The notes: generated by a model from the letters alone, not told the origin. DNA of 64,000 nucleotides from an uncultured bacterium (GCA_963843795.1 CAWJLW010000006.1:2170001-2234000); one strand, 5' to 3'; counted from the first letter of the stretch, positions 10,451-20,610 are shown. Translations and numbers: made by a program.

Positions 10451-12021
10451 CCGCGCGCCTCCTTACCCATTTGCATTTCGACATAAGGATTTTCGTTGGC
10501 GCTACCATGTGGGCCTTTTTCGCGCACATAAGTGTCGGGCGTGCCCGCATTGTCGATTTTGGCCCAGTCGGCAAAGCTCAATGGTTTGGCTTCTTTGTAT
10601 TTTGGATTCTGGCTGATGTAAGCCTCAAATGCGGCGCGATTGGTGAAAGCGCGCGACCATTGGTTGCAGCGCGGATGCGATTCGCGTTCTTCCAGGAAAA
10701 CCGCATCGTTCATGTCGGTCGTGAGGTTCCCCTTCTCATCCGAAATCACGACCAAGGTTTGCAGCGGGTCTTGCGTCGCCAAGCGCAGCACGGCGCGGCC
10801 TTTGGTTTCGCTGCTCATGTCGCGCGCGCACAGCGCACAACGCACGCGCATCGACCAACCATCAGCCGTCACAGTTGAAGACTGCCACGCATCAGCGCCC
10901 ATTCCGTCATCTGGCAGTGGCATCGAGCAATGATGACATTCGCTCATGTTCATCCAGCCGATGCCCTGAGTCCACATTTTTTCGGGCGTCATGTTCGGCA
11001 TTAGCGCCATGCCATCCATGCCCTGAAAAAAGCGGTGATCGTGCGGAATGCCATCAATCACGCCGCGATTTTCGCCAGCTTTGCAATCGCGATGCGCGGC
11101 ATCGGAAACCATCCAGATGGCGCGCTTGATTTGCGCGTCTTTTTCGCGCTCGCTCATCCAATCGCTGGCCAAAATATCGTTGACCATATCGTGCAACATA
11201 TGCAAATTGTCGAACGCGTTCGCGATATAAGGATAGTGCGCGGCAAAACGCGGGCTGACTTCGGCGAACATCGGCATAAACGGACGTTTGGTGTTATAAA
11301 GCTCGACATCGCGATAACGCGCGCCAATCAGTTCGTATTCGCGCTTTTGCGCTTCCATACCGGTGCGCCATAGCGTGTCATACATGCCGCCTTGCAACCA
11401 GTGGTAACCCCAGAAAAGTGCGTTGACCTTGGGATACTTTCGGCGAAACGCACCCGAATACGGCTGACCATCCAACAGCGCCATATTAATGGGCAAAGGC
11501 GAAATTGCATACGGAACACTCTCGAAATAATAACGCCACAGTTTTTGAATTTCGCGATCTTTTTCCCGTTCGCTGAGCTTGGTCGAAGCCATCACATCGA
11601 CGGTCTGCGCGTGCAAAACGTGCGTCCAATCGAAAACTTGTTCCAACACGCCGTAACGTTTGGCAAAAGTCGGCGAAATCGCGCGTTCGTCTGGCATCAG
11701 TTTCGGCGGGTTCTTCAACACCTTTTGAATGCGCGCGAAAGTTTGGGTTTCCAGCTCATCAGCGTGCCCAGTCACCAAATCTTCATACGCCATCGCGTGC
11801 CCAACGCTTACCGCGTTGAGGTCGCGCGCTAAAGCGGGCAAGTTGTAAATATCGAAATTATACGCGCCACGCTTCCTGAAAATATGGTTGGTATCGCGGT
11901 TGTCCAACCACGACGCGGTGCTTTGCGGCAATGGCGGTAAAACGTGCGCAGAACTTTGCGCAAAAGCAGTGCGGCCAGCCGCGCAAACGAGCGCGGCCAG
12001 AAGCCAGAGTCTGAAATTCAT
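10447..12021 (-). CDS. Exported His/Met-rich protein with C-terminal CxxC...CxxC domain (hypothetical, likely metal binding)
   Basis: Signal peptide from ATG 12021; FDWTHVLH, YHWLQ, FDNLHMLHDM; C-terminal CHHCSMP...RCALCA...HPRC. Confidence 0.7.
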   Translation of the reverse strand: MNFRLWLLAALVCAAGRTAFAQSSAHVLPPLPQSTASWLDNRDTNHIFRKRGAYNFDIYNLPALARDLNAVSVGHAMAYEDLVTGHADELETQTFARIQKVLKNPPKLMPDERAISPTFAKRYGVLEQVFDWTHVLHAQTVDVMASTKLSEREKDREIQKLWRYYFESVPYAISPLPINMALLDGQPYSGAFRRKYPKVNALFWGYHWLQGGMYDTLWRTGMEAQKREYELIGARYRDVELYNTKRPFMPMFAEVSPRFAAHYPYIANAFDNLHMLHDMVNDILASDWMSEREKDAQIKRAIWMVSDAAHRDCKAGENRGVIDGIPHDHRFFQGMDGMALMPNMTPEKMWTQGIGWMNMSECHHCSMPLPDDGMGADAWQSSTVTADGWSMRVRCALCARDMSSETKGRAVLRLATQDPLQTLVVISDEKGNLTTDMNDAVFLEERESHPRCNQWSRAFTNRAAFEAYISQNPKYKEAKPLSFADWAKIDNAGTPDTYVREKGPHGSANENPYVEMQMGKEARG

Positions 12022-12094
12022 AAGTTTCTCGGGAAAAATGCGACCGAAATTTGTCTTGCAAGATGCTTGCAAGAACGCATTACAAAGGGAAAAT

Positions 12095-12628
12095 TTACGC
12101 GGTCAGCGCGATCATCTGCGCCAGCGTGAGAGATTCGCTTTTGGCGTCGAAAACTTCGGCATTGGCTTTAACCCACGCTTCGAAAGCGGCCTGATTGCTA
12201 AAGGCGCGATATGCGGTTTGGCAGAGCTTGTGCTTCACTTTTTCCGCTGCGAAAACGATCTCCGAACTGGCTTGCCAGGCGCCATCTTTTTGCACACTGG
12301 CCATCCATTTGTCGTCTTTGCGCGCGATTTGAATTGGCGCGCCTTTGGTTTCGCTTGGTGCTAAGATGCTCAAATCGCCCTTATAATCGTTCTGTGCTTC
12401 GCTCAACGCGCAGAACACGCACCGATATTCAATGCGCTTGCGCCCGTATTTCAGGGCAACTTCGTTGTCCTGCGTGTCAGTGTCTTGCACAACCGGCATG
12501 CTGCAAAACGGGCAGTCGGCTTCATGCGCAAAAGCGATTTGTGAACCGCCAAAACTGCTCAGGGCAAGAGCGCCCGCAAGTACGGCAATCGTCGCGCGAC
12601 GGGTCAAGAAAAATGTGAAACGTGTCAT
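12095..12628 (-). CDS. Exported CxxC...CxxC protein (distantly NosL/TRASH-like)
   Basis: GGAGG RBS; signal peptide (TRR...AFA-H); CPFCSMP...RCVFCA...HKLC. Confidence 0.7.
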   Translation of the reverse strand: MTRFTFFLTRRATIAVLAGALALSSFGGSQIAFAHEADCPFCSMPVVQDTDTQDNEVALKYGRKRIEYRCVFCALSEAQNDYKGDLSILAPSETKGAPIQIARKDDKWMASVQKDGAWQASSEIVFAAEKVKHKLCQTAYRAFSNQAAFEAWVKANAEVFDAKSESLTLAQMIALTA

Positions 12629-12749
12629 GGATTAGCCTCCAAACTGGTAACAATTGCCAATTTTCAAGATTCTAGAGAATCAGAAAACGGCCTCGAATTG
12701 AACGACGCAAAAGCATCGCCTACAAAAGGACTGTGTAAATATCGACTTG

Positions 12750-13277
12750 TTAAACCAGAGGCGGCGAGCGGCCCGCAGCGCGCAACGTGATGGGCGCGGG
12801 CGGAGTGGCGAAGGTGGCGACTGAGAAGGTGAATGACGCGGTTTGAAAACGCGACGCGGAAATCGCGGGCAAAACCGCCACGAGGTGCGAAATGTGATGC
12901 GCGCCGAGCAAATCGTCACTGGCGACGGCCACAGTTTCGGAAGAAGAACACGAACAAATCTGCGTGAGATGCCTGGATTGCAATGAATTGAACTGATAAT
13001 TTTCCGCAGATGGTGCGCTTGAAGTTTGCCCTTTATCAGCAACTTCGGGCGCGCAACATGTCATCACGATAGATTGAACGTTCGTGGCTTTCGCTGGTGT
13101 GGCGTCATCGTGACAGGGCGCATTCGTTTTTTGAGTTGTGGCGACTTTTTGAGTTGAGGCAACAACAGTTTCAGAAGCGCAACAGCACTGCGAGGCGAAT
13201 GCAGGCGCGCCCACTAAAATTAGTAGGGCGTGGAGCGTGAGAAGTAGCCAGGTTTTTGAAGTTCGCAGTGCACGCAT
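12750..13277 (-). CDS. Cys-rich exported leader-type protein ending in RSPP (DUF2946/CruR-like architecture)
   Basis: 175 aa from ATG 13277; hydrophobic signal; QCCC, PCH, TCC and CSC clusters; C-terminus ...LRAAGRSPPLV*; first gene of the copper cluster. Confidence 0.65.
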   Translation of the reverse strand: MRALRTSKTWLLLTLHALLILVGAPAFASQCCCASETVVASTQKVATTQKTNAPCHDDATPAKATNVQSIVMTCCAPEVADKGQTSSAPSAENYQFNSLQSRHLTQICSCSSSETVAVASDDLLGAHHISHLVAVLPAISASRFQTASFTFSVATFATPPAPITLRAAGRSPPLV

Positions 13278-13283
13278 AAAAAA

Positions 13284-13300
13284 ATGCCCCAGCGGGGTAT
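13284..13300 (-). promoter_or_regulatory. Second CsoR-type operator, upstream of the leader gene
   Basis: Minus strand ATACCCCGCTGGGGCAT; same 17-bp length and same 6-nt distance to the ATG as the copA operator. Confidence 0.65.
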
Positions 13301-13526
13301 TTGTGTTCTTTGAAAAACGTATCGCAAATCGCCAGGTTCCTCTCCGCAACTTATGCCTGCAAGTACTTGCAGCGCGCATTACGGATGCAAATACGAGGGG
13401 CGTGATGCTTACAAATCGAGCAGCCGTCGAAATCTGGTGGCAAAACTTCACCCAGTTATTCCCATTTTCAGAGGCTTTGAAATATGTAGTTAACGTAAAA
13501 GCCTGACCTGAACACTCACTCGTGTT

Positions 13527-15551
13527 ATGCTTTTTGGCATGAAATGCAGGCAATTCTGCGGTGGTCTGGCAATCTTGGGCGCGCTGTCGGGCATTTTGGG
13601 TGGCTGTGGCAACAATCCTTATCCACCCGGCATGACCGATGAGTCGATTTTGTTTCGTTCGCAGGCCGACGATCCGCGCAAGCTCGATCCGGCGACTTCT
13701 TATCGCGCCGATGAGGGTGCAATTCTCGACGTTATCACGCCGTCATTCTATCATTATCAATATCTCAAAACCCAGCCGTTTCAATTGGAACTGATGCTGG
13801 GAGCCGAAGAAGCCAAGGCCGAGCCGTTTTCCTATCTCGACCCCAAAACCAGAACCTCGAAAACCGGCCAGCGCTGGACATTTCGCATTCGGCGCGACTT
13901 GCGTTTCCAAGACGATCCGTGTTTTCCCGGTGGCAAAGGCCGCCCGATTACCGCAGAAGATTTCGTTTACGCATTTCGTCGCATGGCCGATCCGGTCAAC
14001 GGTTCGCCGGTACAGGGTTTTTTCTCCGACAAAGTTTTGGGCTTTCCCGAACTCATCGCGCGCAACACCGCGCTGCAAAAAGCGGGCAAGGCCGCCGATT
14101 ATCTGCGTCCCATCGAAGGCGTGCAAGTCGATAAAGCCGATCCTTACACGTTTCGCATCACGCTCAACCAGCCGTATCCACAGTTGCGCTACCTGATGGC
14201 GATGCACTTCACCGCGCCGATGGCGCACGAAGCGACCCAATTTTACGGCAAAGACATCGCGCGCCATCCGATTGGTTGCGGGCCGTATATGTTGGAAGAA
14301 TGGACGCCCAAACGTCGCATTGTGCTGACAAAGAACCCCAACCGCGTCACCGAATATTATCCGACCGAAGGCGAACCGGGCGACCGCGAGGCCGGACTTT
14401 TGAAGTTGGCCGGACAACAGCTGCCCCTCACCGATAAAATTATCGTCACCAATATCACCGAAGCCACGACCGGTTGGAACCTGTTTTTGCAGGGTTACAT
14501 GGATGCGTGGGGCGTGACGCAAACCAATTATCAACAGGCTGTCACGCAGCAGGGCACGCTTTCGAAAGAAATGCGCGAAAAAGGTATTCGCCTCACCAAA
14601 GCCAATTCGGTCGGCATTTCTTACTTCGCCTTCAACATGAACGATCCGGTAGTTGGAGGCTACACGCCACAAAAACGCAAATTGCGTCAGGCAATTTCTT
14701 TAGCTGTCAATTCGCGCGACTTTATTCAATTGTTTTCGCAGGGAAATGGCATCGCCGCACAAAGCATTATTCCGCCGGGCATTTTTGGATACGAGGAAAA
14801 CTACGTCAATCCGTATCGCCAATATGACCCGCAATTAACGCGTGCCAAGCAGTTGATGAAAGAAGCCGGTTATCCCAACGGCATCAATTCCAGAGGCGAG
14901 CGCTTGACCTTGTATTACGACAACGCCAAAACCGACGCTTCGGGTCGTCAGTTCAACGGACTTATCGAGCGCCAGTTGGAAGCTTTGGGCATTAATTTTC
15001 AATCGCGCGCTCAACGCGATATCGTGTGGCAGAACAAAATCGACGGCAACGATTGGCAGTTCACCGATTACGGTTGGTTGGCCGATTATCCCGACCCGGA
15101 AAATTTCGTTTTTCTGCTTTATGGCCCCAACAAGCGGCCCGGTCCTAACCTCACCGCTTACAATAATCCCGAATACAACCGTATTTTTGAAAAAATGCGC
15201 GCGATGGAAGATGGTCCAGAGCGTTTGAAATTAATTCATCAACTGCGCTCTATCGCCAACGAAGATTGTCCGCTGGTTTGGCTGCAACATGGTCAAAGTC
15301 TGGGTTTGTCCTACAATTGGCTTTCGCCGGCCAAGCAAAATCCGATTGCCAACGACACAATTAAATATCGCGCCGTCGATGCCGCACAACGCTCGCGCTT
15401 GCAAAAGAAATGGAATCAGCCCAATGTGTGGCCGATCTTGGCGTTATTCGCTGCTTTGGCTCTGGGCAGCTTGCCCGCGTTGCAAGTCGTGAAAAATCGC
15501 CATCGGCGCCGCGTCACACGCATCGACGAAACGTCCACTGATGAATCGTAA
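13527..15551 (+). CDS. oppA: Peptide/nickel-type ABC transporter substrate-binding lipoprotein (family 5)
   Basis: Lipobox LGGC; LDPA, ITAEDFVYAFRR, PIGCGPY, KLRQAISLA, GWLADYPDPENF; C-terminal TM helix. Confidence 0.85.
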   Translation: MLFGMKCRQFCGGLAILGALSGILGGCGNNPYPPGMTDESILFRSQADDPRKLDPATSYRADEGAILDVITPSFYHYQYLKTQPFQLELMLGAEEAKAEPFSYLDPKTRTSKTGQRWTFRIRRDLRFQDDPCFPGGKGRPITAEDFVYAFRRMADPVNGSPVQGFFSDKVLGFPELIARNTALQKAGKAADYLRPIEGVQVDKADPYTFRITLNQPYPQLRYLMAMHFTAPMAHEATQFYGKDIARHPIGCGPYMLEEWTPKRRIVLTKNPNRVTEYYPTEGEPGDREAGLLKLAGQQLPLTDKIIVTNITEATTGWNLFLQGYMDAWGVTQTNYQQAVTQQGTLSKEMREKGIRLTKANSVGISYFAFNMNDPVVGGYTPQKRKLRQAISLAVNSRDFIQLFSQGNGIAAQSIIPPGIFGYEENYVNPYRQYDPQLTRAKQLMKEAGYPNGINSRGERLTLYYDNAKTDASGRQFNGLIERQLEALGINFQSRAQRDIVWQNKIDGNDWQFTDYGWLADYPDPENFVFLLYGPNKRPGPNLTAYNNPEYNRIFEKMRAMEDGPERLKLIHQLRSIANEDCPLVWLQHGQSLGLSYNWLSPAKQNPIANDTIKYRAVDAAQRSRLQKKWNQPNVWPILALFAALALGSLPALQVVKNRHRRRVTRIDETSTDES

Positions 15552-15581
15552 ATTTAGCGAATCGTAAAGGCGCACCAAAAA

Positions 15582-15605
15582 GCTCCTGCAAGTACTTGCA
15601 GGAGC
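15582..15605. repeat. 24-bp perfect palindrome between convergent genes (possible terminator)
   Basis: GCTCCTGCAAGTACTTGCAGGAGC preceded by an A-run. Confidence 0.7.
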
Positions 15606-15661
15606 CGATAACTGCAAAAATCCACAACAAATGCTGTCGATTTTTGACACAGCTTTGATTT

Positions 15662-16102
15662 TCAATCCAAAAGCAGGTGGCTTTCGTCGTCGCCGAGTAA
15701 AGTTTGAATGTAGGTGAATTGGCCGTGATGATTGATAGATTCCGTGACCGGCAAAGCTGCAGCCGCAATCATAGAGAACTCGCCGATGGGCAAAGTGGCG
15801 GTCTGCTCCAATTGTTCGGGCGTGAGCGCTTTAATGACGTTTTGATGATGGCTAATCGCCTGATCGACCAAGCGTTTGGCTTCTGTGGCGTTAGTAGCGG
15901 GCGTGAGAATTTTCTTCTCGCCAGTGATGCCGGAAGTCATCATGTTGATGGTGTCGGTCATGTGATGCACAATTTCGAGCGGCGATTTCGCGCTCGGTTG
16001 CGGCTTCCAGTTCAGCTTGTCTTCGGGTAGAAAATCGAGGTTGTGACAAATGTTCTTGTTTGCCCAGTCTAGTTGCGCGCAAATCAGTTCAATCGGTGTC
16101 AT
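15662..16102 (-). CDS. DinB family protein
   Basis: LNWKPQPSAKSPLEIVHH...HHGQFTYIQTLLG. Confidence 0.8.
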   Translation of the reverse strand: MTPIELICAQLDWANKNICHNLDFLPEDKLNWKPQPSAKSPLEIVHHMTDTINMMTSGITGEKKILTPATNATEAKRLVDQAISHHQNVIKALTPEQLEQTATLPIGEFSMIAAAALPVTESINHHGQFTYIQTLLGDDESHLLLD

Positions 16103-16223
16103 AACAGTGTTCCTTTGATAATTGTCGCGCGCGATGCTAAAAATTTAAATTTTGTCGCGCGCTTCGTTATGACAGAGCGGCAATCGTGCCGCAAATCCGT
16201 GTCAGAAAACTCTAACTTTCACT

Positions 16224-17435
16224 ATGAAACAATTTTTGAATACAAACACCAGACTCGCAGCTTGCTTTTTGTTGACGACAACAGCAGCCACGCAATTTCA
16301 CGTCGTTGCCGCGCCGAAGATGAAAACGGCGCAAAAAACCAGTGCGCTCACAATGATTGCGCCGCTTCCCTCGCAGAAATTCGCCGCGTGGGGCGAAGAT
16401 TCGCTGGCAGCGATTCGACGCGATTTGTGGATGCCCGAACGCAACTTATACGCGGATAAAGTAAAAATCGGCCAAAAGCCACGCGATCCAGCTTTCATGT
16501 GGGGCGTCGGCGTGCAGCTTTCGGCCCTCACTGCCGCCGCCGAATTCGAGCCGCAAAAGTACCGCGAACAGATGACGAACTACACAAATGCCATTGATGT
16601 GTATCTCAACAAAACGACCGTGGTCGTGCCCGAAGGCATTATCGGCTACGACGTGCTACCAGCGCCCAAGCCGACCGACTTATATTACGACGACAACCAG
16701 TGGATCGTGCTGGATCTCGTTGAAGGCTACGAAACGACAGGCGATGCGAAATTTTTAGAGCGCGCCGAAAAAACTTTCGCTTATGTTATGAGCGGCTACG
16801 ACGACAAACTTGGCGGCGGTATTTACTGGAAAGAAAACGAACTTTCCTCGAAAAACACCTGCTCGAATGCGCCCGCGATGACCGCCGCTCTACGTTTGTA
16901 TCAGGTCACTAAAAAGCCCGTTTATCTAATGACGGCGCGTCGTTTATACAATTGGACGTGCGACAAATTGCAAGACAGCGACGGTTTGTTCTGGGACAAT
17001 ATCAAGCTCGATGGCCGCGTGGACAAGGCAAAGTTCTCCTATAACTCGGCGCTGATGATTCGCGCCAACACCTTGTTTTACGAAATTACCGGCGCGCAAA
17101 AACATCTCGATGAAGCTCAGCGCATCGCCAAAGCTGCCAAAGCGAAATGGGTGCGCGACGATGGCTCGATGGACGACACCGGTCGTTTCGCGCATTTGCT
17201 GCTGGGTTCGTTTTTGGAATTAGGCGAACAAACCGGCGATAAGCAATGGCTGGAAACCGCACAAAGCGTGATGACTTACGCGCACGAAAAACTGCGCGAT
17301 CCCAATGGCCATTATCCCGAAAATTGGCGCAAACCGCAGGCCGGCGCACTGGAAACGGTCGCCATTATCGACAGCGCAAGCGTAGCGCGCGCTTACTGGG
17401 AATTGGCGTTGGCGTTGCGAGAAGCGGGTTTGTAA
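16224..17435 (+). CDS. Glycoside hydrolase family 76 (alpha-1,6-mannanase-like), exported
   Basis: YYDDNQW catalytic DD, GGGIYW, KNTCSNAP, FSYNS. Confidence 0.88.
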   Translation: MKQFLNTNTRLAACFLLTTTAATQFHVVAAPKMKTAQKTSALTMIAPLPSQKFAAWGEDSLAAIRRDLWMPERNLYADKVKIGQKPRDPAFMWGVGVQLSALTAAAEFEPQKYREQMTNYTNAIDVYLNKTTVVVPEGIIGYDVLPAPKPTDLYYDDNQWIVLDLVEGYETTGDAKFLERAEKTFAYVMSGYDDKLGGGIYWKENELSSKNTCSNAPAMTAALRLYQVTKKPVYLMTARRLYNWTCDKLQDSDGLFWDNIKLDGRVDKAKFSYNSALMIRANTLFYEITGAQKHLDEAQRIAKAAKAKWVRDDGSMDDTGRFAHLLLGSFLELGEQTGDKQWLETAQSVMTYAHEKLRDPNGHYPENWRKPQAGALETVAIIDSASVARAYWELALALREAGL

Positions 17436-17501
17436 CGCGCAAAACTCAAATCGCGCGGCAAGTACTTGCAGCACAGCATTTCAGAAGAAAAACCAACAAC
17501 T

Positions 17502-18443
17502 ATGCTGAATTATGTTATTCGTCGTGTTTTGTATGCGGTTCCGATTTTAATCGGTGTATCGCTCATCACGTTCATTTTGTTTTACGTCGTGTTTCCGCCC
17601 GAAGCGGTGGCGCGGCGCAATTTGTCGGCGAAAAATCCGACTAAAACTCAAATTCAGCAATGGCTCATCGCGCACGATTACGACAAACCGCTGCCTCAGC
17701 AATTCACCAAACACATGAGCCAGTTGTTTTTGTTCGATTTTGGGCGCTCCGATTCGACCGGTGAAGAAATCTGGACTCGCATTCGCGCTGGAGCCGGGCC
17801 GTCGTTTATGATCGCCGCTCCGGTGTTCTTTTTCTCCATTCTGACCCAGCTTTTTTTCTCGCTTTACGCGGCTTATTTCCGAGGCACTTACGTCGATACG
17901 TGGATCACGTTTGTCAGCGTTTTATTGATGAGCGTGGTCTACATCGTTTTCGTTTTAGTCGGGCAGTATCTTCTGGGCATTGTGCTACGCATTTATCCAA
18001 TTGCCGGTTATCAAAGCGGCCCGGGCGCGTGGCGTTTCGTGATTTTGCCAGCGATTATCGGCGTCATCAGCGGTATTGGTGGCGGGGTGCGTTTGTATCG
18101 TACTTTTATCTTAGAAGAAATCAATCAGGATTATGTTCGTACCGCGCGCGCCAAAGGCGTTCCCGAAAGCCGCATTTTGTTCCGTCACGTCTTGAAAAAT
18201 GCTGCAATTCCCATCATCACGTCAACGGTTTTGGCGATTCCGGGCTTGTTTTTGGGCAATCTGGTGTTGGAATCGTTTTTCGGGATTCCGGGATTGGGCA
18301 GTTATACAGTTGACGCAATCAACTCGCAGGATTTCGCGATTGTGCGCGCGATGGTATTTTTGAGCGCGGTGCTTTATATCGTCGGCGCGATTCTCACCGA
18401 TATTTGCTACGCCATCGCCGACCCGCGCATTCGCATCGAATAG
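17502..18443 (+). CDS. oppB: ABC transporter permease
   Basis: MLNYVIRR...FDFGRS...QDYVRTARAKG...HVLKNA...DPRIR. Confidence 0.88.
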   Translation: MLNYVIRRVLYAVPILIGVSLITFILFYVVFPPEAVARRNLSAKNPTKTQIQQWLIAHDYDKPLPQQFTKHMSQLFLFDFGRSDSTGEEIWTRIRAGAGPSFMIAAPVFFFSILTQLFFSLYAAYFRGTYVDTWITFVSVLLMSVVYIVFVLVGQYLLGIVLRIYPIAGYQSGPGAWRFVILPAIIGVISGIGGGVRLYRTFILEEINQDYVRTARAKGVPESRILFRHVLKNAAIPIITSTVLAIPGLFLGNLVLESFFGIPGLGSYTVDAINSQDFAIVRAMVFLSAVLYIVGAILTDICYAIADPRIRIE

Positions 18444-18511
18444 CTTTCCATTGAACAGCTTCGTATGAATCGACACGCGGCAAGTACTTGCAAGGCCCTT
18501 TTTTCCATTTT

Positions 18512-19519
18512 ATGACAGTTCTCGATTGGCTTTCCAACTTAATTCCACTGCTTTTAATCTCTGGTTTCGTCTGGGGCGTGAAGCGCGCCGGACGCACGCC
18601 ATTGTGGAAAGAAGCGTATCGTCGTTTGCGCTCGAACTGGCTGGCAATGACGGCACTTGGCATCATCAGTCTTTACGTTTTCACCGCGCTGTGCGATTCA
18701 ATTTCGTGGCGCGACAACCGCAATGCGCCTAATCGTTCCATCGTTGACCGCGTTTTCGAGCGACCTACGGAACCGACTTATTCGTATCCGATGGCGGATA
18801 TGACTTTCGGCGAACCAACGCCGCGACCACTCAAAGCGAAACATCTTCTCGGCACCGATGGCGTGGGTAAAGACGTTTTGTATCTCACGCTCAAAGGTTG
18901 TCGAACCGCGATGATTATCGGCGGCCTGACGCTGGCGATTTCGACGCCGCTGGCCTTGCTTTTCGGCATGATGGCCGGTTATTTCGGTAAACGCGTCGAT
19001 GATGCCGTGCAATATTTTTACACTGTGCTCGACTCGATTCCGGGCATTTTGCTGTTAATTTCGCTGCTTTTGATTTTAGGGCGCGGTTTGCCACAGTTAT
19101 GCGTGGCGCTGGGCGTAACTTCGTGGGTTGGTTTGTGCCGCTTGTCGCGTGGCGAAACGCTCAAACATCGCGAGCGAGAATATGTGCGCGCCGCGCGTGC
19201 CTTGGGCGTTTCGCACGGGCGCATTCTGTTTCGTCACATTTTGCCTAACTTGCTGCCGATTGTCATTATCAACGTCACGCTGGGCTTTTCGGGTTTGGTT
19301 TTGAACGAAGCGATTCTGTCGTATTTGCAACTCGGCGTCGCTGCTGGCACCGGTTCGTGGGGCAATATGATCGACGCGGCGCGTCTGGAATTGGCACGAG
19401 AACCAGTTATCTGGTGGAACTTGAGTTCGGCCAGTATCGCACTTTTTGTTCTGGTGCTGGCGTTCAATATCTTCGGCGATGCCCTACGAGATTCGATTGA
19501 TCCGCGCCTCAGTTCCTGA
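18512..19519 (+). CDS. oppC: ABC transporter permease
   Basis: HLLGTDGVGKD, REYVRAARALG, HILPN, GDALRDSIDPR. Confidence 0.88.
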   Translation: MTVLDWLSNLIPLLLISGFVWGVKRAGRTPLWKEAYRRLRSNWLAMTALGIISLYVFTALCDSISWRDNRNAPNRSIVDRVFERPTEPTYSYPMADMTFGEPTPRPLKAKHLLGTDGVGKDVLYLTLKGCRTAMIIGGLTLAISTPLALLFGMMAGYFGKRVDDAVQYFYTVLDSIPGILLLISLLLILGRGLPQLCVALGVTSWVGLCRLSRGETLKHREREYVRAARALGVSHGRILFRHILPNLLPIVIINVTLGFSGLVLNEAILSYLQLGVAAGTGSWGNMIDAARLELAREPVIWWNLSSASIALFVLVLAFNIFGDALRDSIDPRLSS

Positions 19520-19569
19520 ACCTCGCTAAAAACTCTGCACGTACTTGCACCGCTCATTTTCGATTTATT

Positions 19570-20610
19570 ATGGCTTTATTAGAAGTTGACGATCTACGCA
19601 CTTCAATTCGCACACGTAGCGGAGTGGCGCGCCCAGTCGATGGCGTGAGCTTTTCGCTCGAACGCGGCAAAACGCTGGCGTTGGTAGGCGAATCGGGCTG
19701 CGGGAAAAGTATGACGGCGCTTTCACTGCTTCAATTAGTGCCCGAACCAATGGGCGTTATCGAAGGCGGGCGCGTAAGATTTGAAGACCGCGATTTGTTG
19801 GGCCTTACGTGGGAAGAAATGCGTCCATTGCGTGGCCAGGATATCGGCATGATTTTCCAAGAGCCGATGACCAGCCTGAACCCGACGCTCACTATCGGCG
19901 AACAGCTCACCGAAGCCCTCAAAATTCACGGCAGCGCGCAGGGCAATGCCGCATCGACCAAAGCTGCGGCCTCACTTGAACGGGTTGGCGTGCGCGCTGG
20001 CGCGATGAAACAGTATCCACACGAGCTTTCTGGCGGAATGCGCCAACGCGTGATGATCGCGATGGCACTTTTGAACGAACCCAAATTGCTGATTGCCGAC
20101 GAGCCGACCACGGCTTTGGATGTGACGGTACAAGCGCAAATTCTCACTTTGATCCGCCAACTTCAACAAGAAACCGGTATGGCGGTTCTAATTATCACGC
20201 ATGATCTGGGTATTGTCGCCGAAGTCGCCGATGATGTCGCTGTGATGTATGCGGGCCAAATCGTCGAAAACGCGCCAGTGCATGACTTGTTCGGCCATCC
20301 TCTGCATCCTTACACGCAAGGACTTTTCGCCAGCATTCCCGCACGCGCGCGGCGTGGGCAGGATTTGGCGACGCTCGAAGGCCGCGTGCCCGAAGCGACC
20401 AATTGGCCCTCAGGATGCCGTTTCGCGCCGCGCTGCCCGTATGCATGGAAAACCTGTGAAACTACAATGCCGCGTTTTCAGCCGCCCGATGCCCCACATC
20501 CCGCACGCTGCCACTTATATGATCCCGAAACCGACCGGCCACAAAAAGGCACGCCGCTCAAAGTTCAGGAGCAAGCGCAAGAAATCAGCGCGGAGGGCAT
20601 TTCGGCATGA
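19570..20610 (+). CDS. oppD: ABC transporter ATP-binding protein
   Basis: [41 protein letters not shown]. Confidence 0.92.
   Translation: MALLEVDDLRTSIRTRSGVARPVDGVSFSLERGKTLALVGESGCGKSMTALSLLQLVPEPMGVIEGGRVRFEDRDLLGLTWEEMRPLRGQDIGMIFQEPMTSLNPTLTIGEQLTEALKIHGSAQGNAASTKAAASLERVGVRAGAMKQYPHELSGGMRQRVMIAMALLNEPKLLIADEPTTALDVTVQAQILTLIRQLQQETGMAVLIITHDLGIVAEVADDVAVMYAGQIVENAPVHDLFGHPLHPYTQGLFASIPARARRGQDLATLEGRVPEATNWPSGCRFAPRCPYAWKTCETTMPRFQPPDAPHPARCHLYDPETDRPQKGTPLKVQEQAQEISAEGISA

Noticed and set aside
13743..14672. Long antisense ORFs (also 5843-6574, 39386-40039, 49395-50210, 60274-61047)
   Set aside because: Shadow frames opposite well-supported genes, with no recognisable motifs.
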